In this document: positions 51,401-64,000 of the stretch, piece by piece | How positions within the stretch are numbered: position 1 is the stretch's first letter | Layout of the letters: each line of letters begins with the position of its first letter | Assembly: GCA_012295275.1 (NCBI GenBank) | Contig: CM022669.1 | Span: forward strand, 7,626,001 to 7,690,000 | Direction: 5' to 3' | Length of the DNA: 64,000 nt | Origin: Chrysomallon squamiferum | Taxonomy: Eukaryota > Animalia > Mollusca | Translations under genes and position numbers: made by a program | Notes under the pieces: generated by a model | Told to the model about the DNA's origin: nothing | What the model saw: only the letters and a program-made list of their open reading frames with translations | Databases searched by the model: none

Positions 51401-54400
51401 ACAAGACGTCATCCAGCCATAGGCAGATAACAACATTACACAGCTTTCAATGTACCAGTCATCAGGCAATGGTTAGTTTGGGAAAAGGTATACTGAGAGA
51501 GATTACAAAATAACCTCTCTTATTAATTAGAAACACATGCAAGGTAAAACTACATTTAACTATGATAATCAGTAACAAGTGTTTTTAACAAGCAAAATGC
51601 AAATGGTTCCTATGTTAATTTTCTTTCTACGTCTTATTAAAAGTCAGTCAAAGTATTAATTAGAAATACTTCGGACAAGCAAAAGCATAAATTTGCTATT
51701 TAAATAATTCAAATGTTAATTACAAATATTTTAAACCTTTTTCAATCAAGACACTAATGTATGTTATAAGTGAAGCAAGATGCAGATGAATTCTACTGCA
51801 AAAGAAATCAAATTTAATGGCTCCAGAACACTTCCAGAAGCTGACAGAGAATGTGAAAGTTAAAAATAATTTCATAAATTATGCATTTCAAGAAAAGATT
51901 AATATAAGTCAAAATTATACACAAATTATGCACATATTTGTGTATATAAAATACGCACATTTTTTTCTGTTTCTAAAACGAGAACGTTTCCTTCCTGCAG
52001 AAAGTTTAGTCAAATTTAAATTAAATATTATGAATTTTTATATCAATTAGTGATTATTAAAAACTTCCTTACTTTTTTATCTAGTAAGTTTTAAACTTGA
52101 TTACATAATGAAGAAACAAGTAATAAATCTTGCTACTTGAAATAAATTTAGATTATTAATATTATTATTATTGTCATTTTTCTTCTTTTTTTTGGAGCTA
52201 ATTAATGAATGACAACAAAGTCATTAATTAACTATTTATCTTATTAATTAAAGAAAAGAGCTTCTACGGTTTCTGCTGAATAAATGAATTGTTATTTTGA
52301 CTTTACAATAAGTTTAAAATGTGACTGTTTTCTTTTTTGTGAGTAATTTTGTGTAATGTGGTAGAAGCACTGAGTTAGACTGAAACACAGCTTTTGTAAA
52401 AGTTTGGTGTAAGTGAGAAAACCCGTCTGCACTATGCAATAAGTTGCTTTTACTGATTAATATCAACGGTTCTTTTACATAAAATTGCTCTAAAACAGGA
52501 AATTTTTAAGTAACTTTTAATAAATTGATCATGGAGTGTGGATTTAAAAAGTGAAAAGCCCAAAAGAAGACAGCAAGAAAGAATGACCTAGTAGTCAGTC
52601 ATGGCCAGATATTTAACATCTAAATGAATTTAAAAAAAAACAATTCAGTTTAATAACCATATAAAAATATCAAATAATCTGATATGACTGAATACTTTTT
52701 TCAATGATGTTTCAACATATTTTAAGACTATGGAGATGTGATTTTTTAAAGTGTGTTTCAGAACTGATTTTGTACTCATGATTTCACAGAAAAAAATCAG
52801 TGATATTAGTCTACAGCAAGAACTTTTTAAACTAGTAGTAATAATAATAACATAAGCTTTACATTTTAAATTTACCTTCATTTTTCTCTTTGGCAAGCCC
52901 AATTTTTGCATACAGTGACGATCTGGTGTCTCGACTCTGATCTGTCTGCTGAGAAGGGGGCTTCTTTTTAGAAATCATGGATTGTACATCTGCATTTTCA
53001 ATGACGTAGTGAAGATGCTCTCTCAAATTTCGGCTCTTGAAATGATGAAGTAATGACTGTAACTGTACAAACAACAAGCAAATAAAATTAATTCTTAAAG
53101 AATGAATAAATAACTCTGATTCATTTTGGATATTTTCAAATTATTGTTTTATACTTGGTAAAGAGTTTCTGCTGATATTAATATATGAAAAAAAAAAAAA
53201 AATAATAATAATAATAATAATAAATAAAAAAAATTATAAAATAAGGATGATGTTTATCTGTTTTATTATGATTGTTTTTCTAGAAATATTGTAAAAGAAC
53301 TGAAGAAGCCAATTTTGCAAAAACATTATTTACAAATTCTCTACACATTGGCATTTTTAGTACAAAATAGTAATTGAAGAAAGTGAAAAAATATGAATGA
53401 GTTTGAAAAATGTGGAAGGAAATGTTCAATCCAGCATTACCTGGTGTTTTGGATACTGGTGAAGCTGAGAAAACCAAATAAATAGCAGCCACATGTCAGA
53501 CTGTGCACATTCTTCCAAAAACCTAGTTGTCAATGGCAACCCCAGCTGATTACAGAACAGCACAGGAAGAAACCATTTCCTCCCAGCTTCAAAACTTGTG
53601 CTAAAAAAAGATATTCACAGATTTAGTAAATGTGAAATAAAATTAAAATGTTTGGTCAAAATTTCTTGGATTTTTAAAATATTTTATATATATATTCTTT
53701 TATATTAAACTGTAATTTAATTTTAAGAAGACATAAAATATAATCTTATATTTGAATGTTATGTTTCAGAAGTAAAATTTTTGTTTCTTTTATTCATTTT
53801 TAATAATATATGAATCACAATATAAACCATAACAAAACAAAACAAAGTAAGATTTTTTGAAAGAAAATATTTATATTTTGGAAAACCTGTAAATTTTCTT
53901 GTGTGATAGCTCGCTGCTGACAGCTTCTTCCAACAAAACCAGAAGTCTGCTTCCATGACGACGACGGTTTTTGATGCATTTCAGAAGTAAATCAACTAAA
54001 AATATATTTGTTTATAAATTAATTTTAAAAATTAATAATTATACATACATATAATATATACTCACACAGACACACTCATAAAGATACAGAGATATAGAGA
54101 TACAATGTATAGAAATACTATCACTGATATCTATAAAGCATGTTAAGATTATCAAAGAAAAGAGACTGTTATGTTTTATCTACTGTCATCAGAAGCTATA
54201 TAAAATGAGACTGATAACTCCATTAATAAATCTGTTAACACTCACTGATCTCTTGTTCATTTTTCTTCAACTCATCTCTCATTTTCTCAGCTGTTCCTTT
54301 CAGTCCAGTTTTCCTGTGAGCAAGTAACTTGGATCCCACACTGACATATACTCGGATGAGCAGACTGTCCTGGCCCAGCATCTCAACGAAAGCTGAACAG

Positions 54401-55652
54401 GAGCTGGCAATCTCATGATGTGTGAGGTTCTTCACAGCAAGCACCAGAGCAATGCCGCAAGCTGTCTGTATTCTGAAAACCAGCGAGCCAGAGACAAGTT
54501 TATTTGATGTCAACCGGTTGCCAATGAAAATTATTTATTGTAAATAAAATCTTATAAGTTAAAAAAGTACTGAAATGCAAATTTCATTCTAATATATATT
54601 CTAAGTATAAAATTCAGTTGGTCACTCAAATATAATTAATTATTAGAAATTCTGAATAAATAATCTTTACACTCTGTCTGCAATCTGGCTACTTCTTATT
54701 AGATAATTACCTCTCTGTCTGTCTGTCAATTTGAAATCTAGCTGCACTTAAGTGAATGTACTAGCCATCTAATTCTAAATTTTGAATCTTTCAGTGGATA
54801 TACCAACTGTCTGTCTGTCTACCTAACTCTTAAATACATTTATTACTCTTTTTTTTTGCTGAATTATCTAGTCATCTTGCAATCTAACTCTATATCTGCA
54901 CCTATGTATCTATTATCTACTGGTGATTTACTTTGACTGTCACCTACTTACCTCTTAGTGGATATGCTGCCTTCTCCTGATTCAACCTCCATGGCTAAGA
55001 ATGAGAAGAAAGCGTATGATGGACGAGAGTGTTTCAGGTAAAATGGAAAACGAAGTTTCTGGTTGTAAGCAAATTTAGAAACGAGATCTGGCTGTGAAAA
55101 GTAGGGCATCTCTTTACAGCAGTCTGGAAAATAATAAATAATCTTCAGTTATCTTCAAATGTCTCTTGTGTATATGTGAATGTTTTTTGTCTGATACTAA
55201 TTCAAAGTATTTTGGATAATGTGAATGAAAGTATGCTATGTGTGTGCATGTAACTATGAAAGTATGCATGTCTAGATTATTAACAAATATTTAACTTCTA
55301 ATACTGTTACGTATTAATAAAAGTGCACAAAATAATTAAATTGTTTTGTGATAAAAAGAAATTTCTGGAAATGATATTTTAGAATTATGAATTGATGACA
55401 TATATATGTGTTTTGTTGAAATATGTTACCTGCAAAATAAACCAGTAATAGGACAGATGAAATATATTATCAATCTGTAAAGATCAAACTAAAGTAGTAA
55501 AGATAAATTAAAAAAATAATAATACAAAAATAACCAACCTTCTCCTGCAACAGAGTTTGACGTCTGCCAGCCAAACAGTCTCCTAGGATCAAATGGTGCA
55601 TTACCCTGAGTTAAAATAATAACAATAAATACCTTAATTTGAAAATTAGGAA

Positions 55653-55687
<35 letters not shown>

Positions 55688-55829
55688 TGACTACTACAGT
55701 TACTAGTATTACTACTACTAATAATAATAATAAAGAAATAATAATAACATTAACCTTAATAACAACAGTACAAATAAAAGTAATAATAATAATAATAAAT
55801 TAACATTAATAATAATAACAATAAAATTA

Positions 55830-55880
<51 letters not shown>

Positions 55881-55900
55881 TTATAATAATAATCACAATA

Positions 55901-55967
<67 letters not shown>

Positions 55968-58900
55968 TAATAATATAATATTAAATACATTTTCATCATC
56001 CAGAATAAATTTATATCTATCAGAAATGTATTTTATAAATCTCTGTGCTGCATGTTAATGTACACTTACCACAAGCAGCTGGTACACATCAATGTCTTTA
56101 CTGGACTCGGGGTACAAAGCAGCCTGAAGTTTAGGATAAATCTTCAGTTTAGATTCCAGCACAGCAGGATCCATAGCTCCATACAGATCTCCCAGACTGT
56201 TTACTTCTGTACTCTGATCAAAATAAATTAATAGTTAATTATTTCTAATAAGCAATTAAGATTTTATTTTAATTTTATTGTATTTTGTTTTTCTTTCATT
56301 TTTGTTACATATGTTTTAAGAAAGGTCAAAGTTTAATACACAAGGAAAAGTTCTGTTTCTAGTTAAATTTAAAAAATATAATAATAATAATAATAAAGTT
56401 CAGTTTATTTATTTTTACAACTTTCATATCAGTTCTAACTTCTAATACATCCACTACCAAAAGCTTATGAAAACTTGTAAATATTAATAATTTCAAAGTT
56501 ATACACATAAATATTAATAATTTCCTTAAAATTATTTTAAAAACTGAAGATGCCTTTCTTTTAGAAGTCAATTCTATGTTTAAAAAGCAGCATCTAAAAG
56601 AAACCTGTGTTACTGGAGGAGAATAGTAAGGCAGAGTAGCAATGGCTGCAAGGTCATGACCTTCATGAAACAAGTCTGCTAAAGTACATTCATCCATGTG
56701 CCATATCAGTCTTGCATTACTCATACTGGCAGAAAACATGAGCTCTCTGTCTGTAGCAAAAAGAAATGGTCCAAAATTAACTTTATAGTTACATTAATTA
56801 ACAGATTAACATCAACTTGAAAAATGCAATTATCTTTTTTCTGTGGATATTAGTAACAGTGAACAGTTTAATTATAAATCTTAGTTAAGATAATGCATTA
56901 TAAACAATATTTTGTATTAAAAATCAGTTTGAAGAAGTTACACAAATTTTAATACTGGTATCTTAATTTAATTTTAATTTAATTTTAATTAAATTAAACT
57001 TGTTTTTTTATTTATTTATTTATTTATTTAATATATTTTAATTAAGAATCGTCAAAGTGAAATATTTTGAAAATTAATATTATTGTTGTTTCAGGGTATT
57101 TTTTTTTGCTTTAATCAAAATGAAATATATTTCGGAAATTATTACAATTTTCCTTTTATTTATTTATTTTATGAAAAAGAAACATTTTTTGGAATTAGTT
57201 GGTTTTTTAATTACAAAAAAATTATAGAAAACTGCTATTTATTTTCATTATATTAAGACAAAGGTAACACAAATAATTTAATTTTAGTCAAATTCTATTG
57301 GAATATGTATATTATTTAGAAAAAAACAAATTAATCATTTACCTTCTGGATTTTTTGAGATGGAGAAAAAGTTGTTGAAATTTGACAACCATTCTGCATT
57401 TCTTTCATCATCAAGAGAAAACTGGTTTGGATGAATTCTTCAATTACATTGATTAACAAAATAAGTAGATGAGAACAGAGATGAAGAAATAATTTTTATT
57501 ATTACACAATAATATTGTATTTGCTATTTTATTATAATGAATTGCAGTATAAAAAATAAACTCTAGTAAACATAGATTGTATTTATGTTATTAAATATTG
57601 ATTGTCAGATTTAGTTTTTTCAGACATATAGTCTTTATAGAAAAATAGCATTTGTATTTACATATAGCATTGGCATTAAATGCAATAGAAAATAAAAGAT
57701 GTAAAAATTAAAAATTATTATAATAATTTATGCATTTGTGAAAACTTGAAACCGCTGACAAAAAGAAGAGTATCTGATTTATTTCACATATATCTGAACA
57801 TTTACACATCTCTGTACTGGACCTAATATTCAGTAATAAAAATATTACATCAGTTATTTGAATAATGAACATACCTGTGCATTGAACAATATCTCCACAA
57901 AGGCAAAATGAGGCGTGATGCAGCACAGTATGAGATAAACTGTTTGTGAAACACCTGTAGCAGGCTGTCTGTGTGGTGGAGTGGATGTGGAACCTGCAGG
58001 ACACCACCAGTGACACTCAGCTGATGAAGCAGACGTGAAAAATCAGCTAGCAGTTCTACAGGAATATAACCACTTCTACAAGTCAAAACAAAATACATAA
58101 ATTTTGCATTTTAAATTTTTATCTGAATAGTTCCTGTTTAAAACACTCAGCTGAAACAAATTAAAAAAAAAAAAGTTACTAATGTTTTATAAAATTAATT
58201 TTATTCAGAAAGGCATTTAAAGGAGAAAAAAAACGAAAATAAGAAAATTCAGAATTTTGGTAATTATAGTTTAAAAATGATGTTTAGAGAAATCCTTTTT
58301 AAATTAGACGTTTTTTCCAGATCAACAAATAAAACCATTTCCAATTACCTGTAACATTAAATAATCATTAGCAGCGAAAAAATAAATAAAACAAAAACCA
58401 GAAAGAACAAAATTAAACACAAAAAAAAGAACAACAGCAAAAACAAGTAAAGAAAGAACAAAATGAAAAACAAATCAACTTCTATTATACCCACCTTAGC
58501 AGACGGATACATATTTTGTTCCTAAGGTAACTGCCACACAAATTAAGCTGATTGGTCAATGACTGTAATATTTCCACACACTGTTGTCTGCTTCTGTGTT
58601 TTGAAGTAAACTTATCCAAAACCCAGTCTAACAGTCTCAAAGTTTCATCAACCATGTTGTGACTCAACAAATATTTGAAAAGCAGATTTTTGTTGGGGTA
58701 TGACTCCATCTGAAAATCTAGAAGAAAACAAAATTTCTTATGATTGCTATAAAAGTTCATTAAGGTGAATGAATTCTTTAACAAGATACCGCTTTAAATT
58801 ATAATAAACAAATGTTGGTGTGTGTATGTGTGTAAATAAGTAAACAAATGAGAAAACATAATTATAAATAAATAATACTTCAGATTTTTAACAAACAAGA

Positions 58901-61795
58901 AATAAACTCAGATTAGTGAAAAAAATTTAAGTAACATTAATAATAATAAAGGGAATGAAAGAGAAGCAGATAGTTGCAGAAAGGAAGAAAACAAACAAAA
59001 CAGAAACAAAAAAAATCTATGAAAGATGGATAGTAAGAAAGAAAAGATAGTACAGAGAGTCAGAGGAAGGAAAGAGAATTATTAATCAGAACAAGATTTT
59101 ATGATTTATGGCAAGTTATCACACCTGGTTTTGACAGGTAACTGTCAAGAAGAACACTTTCTCTTGTTTCATCATCCCACCATTGCAGCCAGTGAATAAG
59201 TATCTCTGAGTATAAACTGTCACCCTGAGAATGTTGTGTATCACTGTGGCCAATGTCTCCACAGTGTAATGTCAGTGATGACTTCTCAATCATACACTCA
59301 GCAAGAGGGTTACTATCAGACCATTGGGAGCTGTAAAAAATATATATAAAACTCTTACTCTAGTTTCAGTATAGTATATTATATAAATAATGTTGGATGC
59401 AGAACTATTATATATACATAAACCTTCTCCGGAATAAAAATGTAGAATAATATACAAGTTATTAATTTTGTTTATGTTGTGTCTGTGTGTAAGACAGAAA
59501 GTATCTTATATTACATATTTTAATAATGTATATATTTGTCAGTGTGTGTGTGTGTGTGTAAATGTATGGATGCTAAAGATACTAAACATGCACATAAACA
59601 TTATGCATGATACAGAACTGAGCCATAACCAGATTCTTCATTTCAACTGACAAATTAATCAGCAGAGTTTAAAACATACCTCGAAGTTTCCTGTTTTCTC
59701 TTAACTGCGTGAGTGAATGAACTGCAGGGGTATTGGTCATACAGTTTCTGAAAGTATTCCAACAAGGCTGACTGACCGCTGTCCAGTCCTGAAGACTTCT
59801 GAAGTTGTTCTAGGATAAATGTCTGAATGTCACGATCATGAACGAATTGTGCCAGTTCCCAAAGCTTTGGTGTCACTTCAAAACCCTGAGTACAAAACAG
59901 GTATAACAGTACTTTTGAGCAAATAAATAAATAAATAAATAAATAAAAATAAACATAAAAATAAAAATAAACAAATAAATAATGTGCAGAAGTAAATGTG
60001 ACTTTGTCAAACTTTCTTTTATGACAAACATTTTATTTTATTTTACATAACAATTTCATTTTCCTGGGATGTATCTATTCAAAATTAGATTATGACATAA
60101 CCTGAGCTACTCTAGTTTCTGCTGTGATGTTCTATATGTATATAATCATCTTTCCAAGAATATTTAATGAAGGAAGTGATTAATTAAAGTAAAGACTAAT
60201 AGTGTGGCAGATGAATTCAAAGAACAAATTTAGTGTTAGATAAATAAAACTACAAATGAAGACAAACAAAAAAATTGTGTTGTTGGTTTAAAACTGAATC
60301 TTATTAACTAAAACAAGAATTTTATAATTTCAAAATTCAAGGTGAAATACAGCGAGAGGAATCTTTTAAAAATAATAAAAGAGATGGAGGCATACTAAAT
60401 TTAGTAACATCTTCCTGGTTTCTTCCATTTCATGTTTCTTCAAGTGTGACATGATCTGTGTTATTCCATGCTTGACCACCTTTGAGTATGTTGCATCATC
60501 TTCACTGTCTGACATCATCAGGTGAATCTGGAGTTGTGACACCTGATTTTCCAAGATGGCTGACTCGAGTGCTTCCTGATATATATATATATATTTTTTT
60601 TTTTCATTTAGATAAAGGTCAGTTGTTGTTATCAGCAAAATGTTATTAACAACTTGTTATAAGTAAATGAAAACAATTTGTAACAAATCCTTTAATGATT
60701 ATTAGAAAATTTTGAATATATGCAAATTTATCAATTAATTAATCAATTAAATTAAAATAATAAATGAACAAATGAATAGGGAATTGTTCAATATTTTGAA
60801 AAGATTTTTAAATTAATATTAACTATGTATAGTCATGTGGTTTTGTTTAATGGCACAATGAGAGAGGAATCCTATTTCTACCACATCATGAGCTATATTT
60901 ATTGTTAACAAAAAGGGATTTTTGTGTGTGTGTGTCTATGTGTCTGTATACATATATACATACATACATGCATACATGAATGTTTGCCTGCATACATACA
61001 GACAGACAGACGTGCAGGCATACCCACACACATACATATATATATATATGTTAAAAAGGAAAACATGTATCAGTGTCTTAGATAAACAAACAAGACATGG
61101 AGTACTGGTTAGAACAGGAACTAATTAAAATAATTTATCTTGACGCAGGTAAACAATAATTATTTAAAATTAACATATTTATACCTGTGGCTCTACACCT
61201 TTCCACCTGGAGTATTCTGTACTTTCTTGATAACCATCATTCATCTCTGTGACTGGCAAGGTTTCAGTGTTGTGTTTATTGCAGCTCTGTAAACACTGTC
61301 TGATCTTACTTGTGTAACCCATAACAACCTCAATCGCTTTCTCTAAATCCTCTCTTTCTTTACAATCATCTTCTGCATCCCCAAGTCCACTTCTTACAAC
61401 AAGACCATCAAGTAGTAGCCTGTACAAATATTCCAGTGTCAAAGACAAAAGCTGGTTTCCGAATTCCTGAGACTGTCTATAGGAAATATTGGTTCTGATG
61501 GCCTCAATCAATAGAAGGAGAGCTGATTCTAAAGGCTTCAGGTTGTCTTGGTAACAGTTTTGTTGTTGCCACACTGAGGTTTCATCAGTAGGGCTCGTTG
61601 GAGACACTGGTTTCTGTTTAACTTTAGAAAATACTGAAACATGAAAGGGAATTAATTGAAATATAAAATTTGTTTGTATTTTGCCCTGGGTCTTTAAAAA
61701 TACTGATAAATATTTTTAGATAATTATACAGTCACAGAAAAAGCAAAAATGTCAAAAATGTGTAATATATTTTGTATTTAGCATTTCAGTATGTA

Positions 61796-61829
<34 letters not shown>

Positions 61830-64000
61830 AGAGCATGCATGCATATATGAGATTACTCATGCATGCATTTATATGAGTATGAGAGTATCTGAATTTTTCA
61901 TTGTTTATGTAGGATTACAAAATGCATATGCTAGTCAACCTTTCTACTGTTGATTCTTAACTTATTTCACTCCTGGGTGAATAAAAGAAATGATATATCT
62001 GTATCTTCAAACAAATGTAAAACTTTTCTCACATTTCTCTTTACTCTTAAGAAAGAAGGCAACAGTGTCAAGCTGTCTGTGTTTTAGACCAGTCTCCAAG
62101 GCATGAAGGGGTACAGTGCATCTAGACCATTTGTTCAGATCACACAGGGTATCTGCAGAAGTAGCTCCCCCATAAACCATCATCTGTTAAATAAATAAAA
62201 ACTATATTAATTTATATTTAGCTTTAATTTTATTATTTTTACATATTTACCACATTCTATTAAATAATTAAATAATCAATATATTACATTAGTTTTAGTT
62301 GTCTTTACACCAATATATCTAGACCTGTTAAATAATTAAAAACACTTTAATTTTAATTATATAATGTTTATATTAGTGTAACTATGCCATCATCTTTGTC
62401 AAAAATTCAATAATTTAAATATTATTTTAGTTTTATTTATATAATGTTTATATAAATTTATCTACCAATATATCATCATCTATTAAATAATTAAATAATT
62501 AAATAATTAATATATTAAATAATTAAATATTTATAATAATTAATATATTAAATAATTAAATAATTTATATTTTATTTTACTTAAAATATTTACACTAGTC
62601 TATGTATACATAAATCACACACCTATTAAATAATTAAATAACTGAAATATTATTGTATTTTTAATTTTATTCTTATTTATAATATTTGAACCAATCTGTC
62701 TACATATTTTGTGATACTAATTTCTCAAATGTACATCATCATTCAAGCTGACATGAAAGTGTATTTAGGCAAGATTTAATTTTCTGTTAATGGATGGAAA
62801 TAAAAATTATTATCTTGCTTTGGCAACTAAATTTATTATTAAAACAAGTAATAGGTCATGTGGAATCAAAAGCTGTTAAAGTGTTATAATTTAAAAAAAA
62901 ATTCCTGGTTGCTATCAAGCTTATCACACTGAACTGAGTGTAAATAAAACACAGTAGATAAATAAAGACAGTAATTTAAATCATTAATGACCTTGAACTT
63001 GACTGGTATTGAATGTTGTCCTGATTGGTGATTTGCAAAATTCAGGGGGAAAAAATAAAAAAAATAAAAATAAAATACAATTATAGAAGATACACTTTAT
63101 ATATTAAATTATGCAAGAACTGAAAGTATACATATGATTTATGTCTCTTTTATTTTTTTATCCTGAACGTTCTGGTTTAAAAACAGCATAAAAATTATTA
63201 AACCTTGTTTACAAAATCTTCATGTTCCATCCCAGGATGCATCACTATATGATAAAGAAACTGTTCTGAGATAATCATGTGAGGAAAACTATTGCTGTCT
63301 GACAGAATTAGTTGTTCATTGTTTGATAAGCTGTTTTGAAAAAAAATATAATAATAATTATTATTATCTAAACAGGAAGAATATAAAAAAATAATAATTT
63401 CTCAAATAAATGTATAATTAATATAATTTGAAAAATATTTAAGTAATTATTTATAATATTAAAGAAAAGTGAAAGCATCACAAAATGTAAAGAAAAGATT
63501 AACCCTTTAGAATTTAATGAAATAAAATTCTCATGTGGCCTTTTATAAAAAGAATAGCTTATTTGGATGTTTTATTAAAAGAGTATCTTAATTGGACTTT
63601 TATAAAAAAAAAATATTTTATTTTATGTGAACTTTTATAAAAATAATATTTTATGTGAAATTTTCAAGTAAAATATTTATGTGAAAATGAAAACTAAAAT
63701 ACAAACATACACACCTCTGAAAGATACACTTCTGACTTTGAGAATCAAAAAGACACAAACATTTTTCTTTGCCTTCAGATGAATGTAGCTCCATGGCAAT
63801 GGAAAATTCACCAACCACCATATTGACTGCTTTCCAGCCTGACAAACAAGATGGTAGTTCAAATGTATCTATTATTGTATCAAGCTGGACAGCCTTGGTA
63901 ACTGACGAAGTGTTTTTCTTAAAACCAGAAATTCTATCCTTTCCATAACCACTGAAATGTTTTGTTTGTTTATTTTGTTTAGTGTAACTTATCTGTTTTT
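39295..64000 (-). CDS. SPG11: Spatacsin (5' end beyond the window)
   Basis: More than 35 GT-AG exons; C-terminal spatacsin motifs VQTELLVLAHECFTVACSMEGISNVLRA, IRLLTGIGRFNEMTYIFDAL..QFELLLRKG, LKIAILDYLKRFHPKD.ENYTMVALNFTMFREIA, CLIISEAY..ADWA, ETGSYLQDIINES* (stop 39295-39297). Last visible exon starts at ~63951. Confidence 0.93.
43438..43740 (-). repeat. Degenerate repeat carrying ~7 echoes of the GTGAGT donor in an SPG11 intron
   Basis: TACTCACCTGGTTA-like words at ~43441, 43517, 43557, 43573, 43609, 43647, 43688; true donor at 43729-43730. Confidence 0.75.
43950..44178. repeat. Two-copy tandem duplication (~100-bp unit, period ~125 bp)
   Basis: CAAGCAGTACATATATGTTA..TTCATCCAG...TATTATTATTTTTCAAATTT.ATGGT.TAG.TGTTAAACTGTC at ~43953 and ~44078. 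Confidence 0.85.
49980..50722 (-). repeat. 39-bp minisatellite (~19 units) derived from an SPG11 exon end plus its splice donor
   Basis: Unit TTTACCTGTGTCTGTGGTGTTGTGATTAGTAGATATTTA; on the - strand each unit reads ...ACAG|GTAAAT. The terminal unit overlaps exon 50771-50694. Degenerate units extend to ~49770. Confidence 0.95.
62175..62700 (-). repeat. Degenerate repeat carrying ~5 echoes of an SPG11 acceptor
   Basis: CATCT(G/A)TTAAATAATTAAA-like words at 62181 (true acceptor TTTAACAG|ATGATG), ~62255, ~62323, ~62389, ~62477, ~62621. Confidence 0.65.

Noticed and set aside
1-64000. tRNA/rRNA genes, autonomous transposon ORFs, prokaryotic defence systems
   Set aside because: None recognisable; the TIR gene has spliceosomal introns and animal adaptor features, not a bacterial TIR context.

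Overview
AT-rich, intron-rich eukaryotic DNA from an invertebrate animal; a mollusc or other lophotrochozoan is my inference from gene content and style. Splicing by eye gives seven genes: (1) a TRIF/TICAM-like TIR + RHIM adaptor (+, 4344-~7134) with several frame lesions, downstream of the 3' end of a tandem paralog (1-~2850); (2) MPP10/MPHOSPH10 (+); (3) HECTD3 (-); (4) NSA2 (+), head-to-head with HECTD3; (5) KXD1 (-); (6) a huckebein-like three-finger C2H2 factor (+); (7) the 3' part of SPG11/spatacsin (-), running off the window. Most interesting: a duplicated invertebrate TIR+RHIM adaptor locus with a STAT palindrome in its promoter and a possible CaaX tail in the upstream paralog, and recurrent intronic repeats built from the neighbouring splice site ('splice-site echoes'), including a 39-bp array of ~18 decoy donors. 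Most short ORFs in the supplied track are microsatellite or AT-rich artefacts or exon fragments. Exon coordinates were derived manually and may be off by a few bases.
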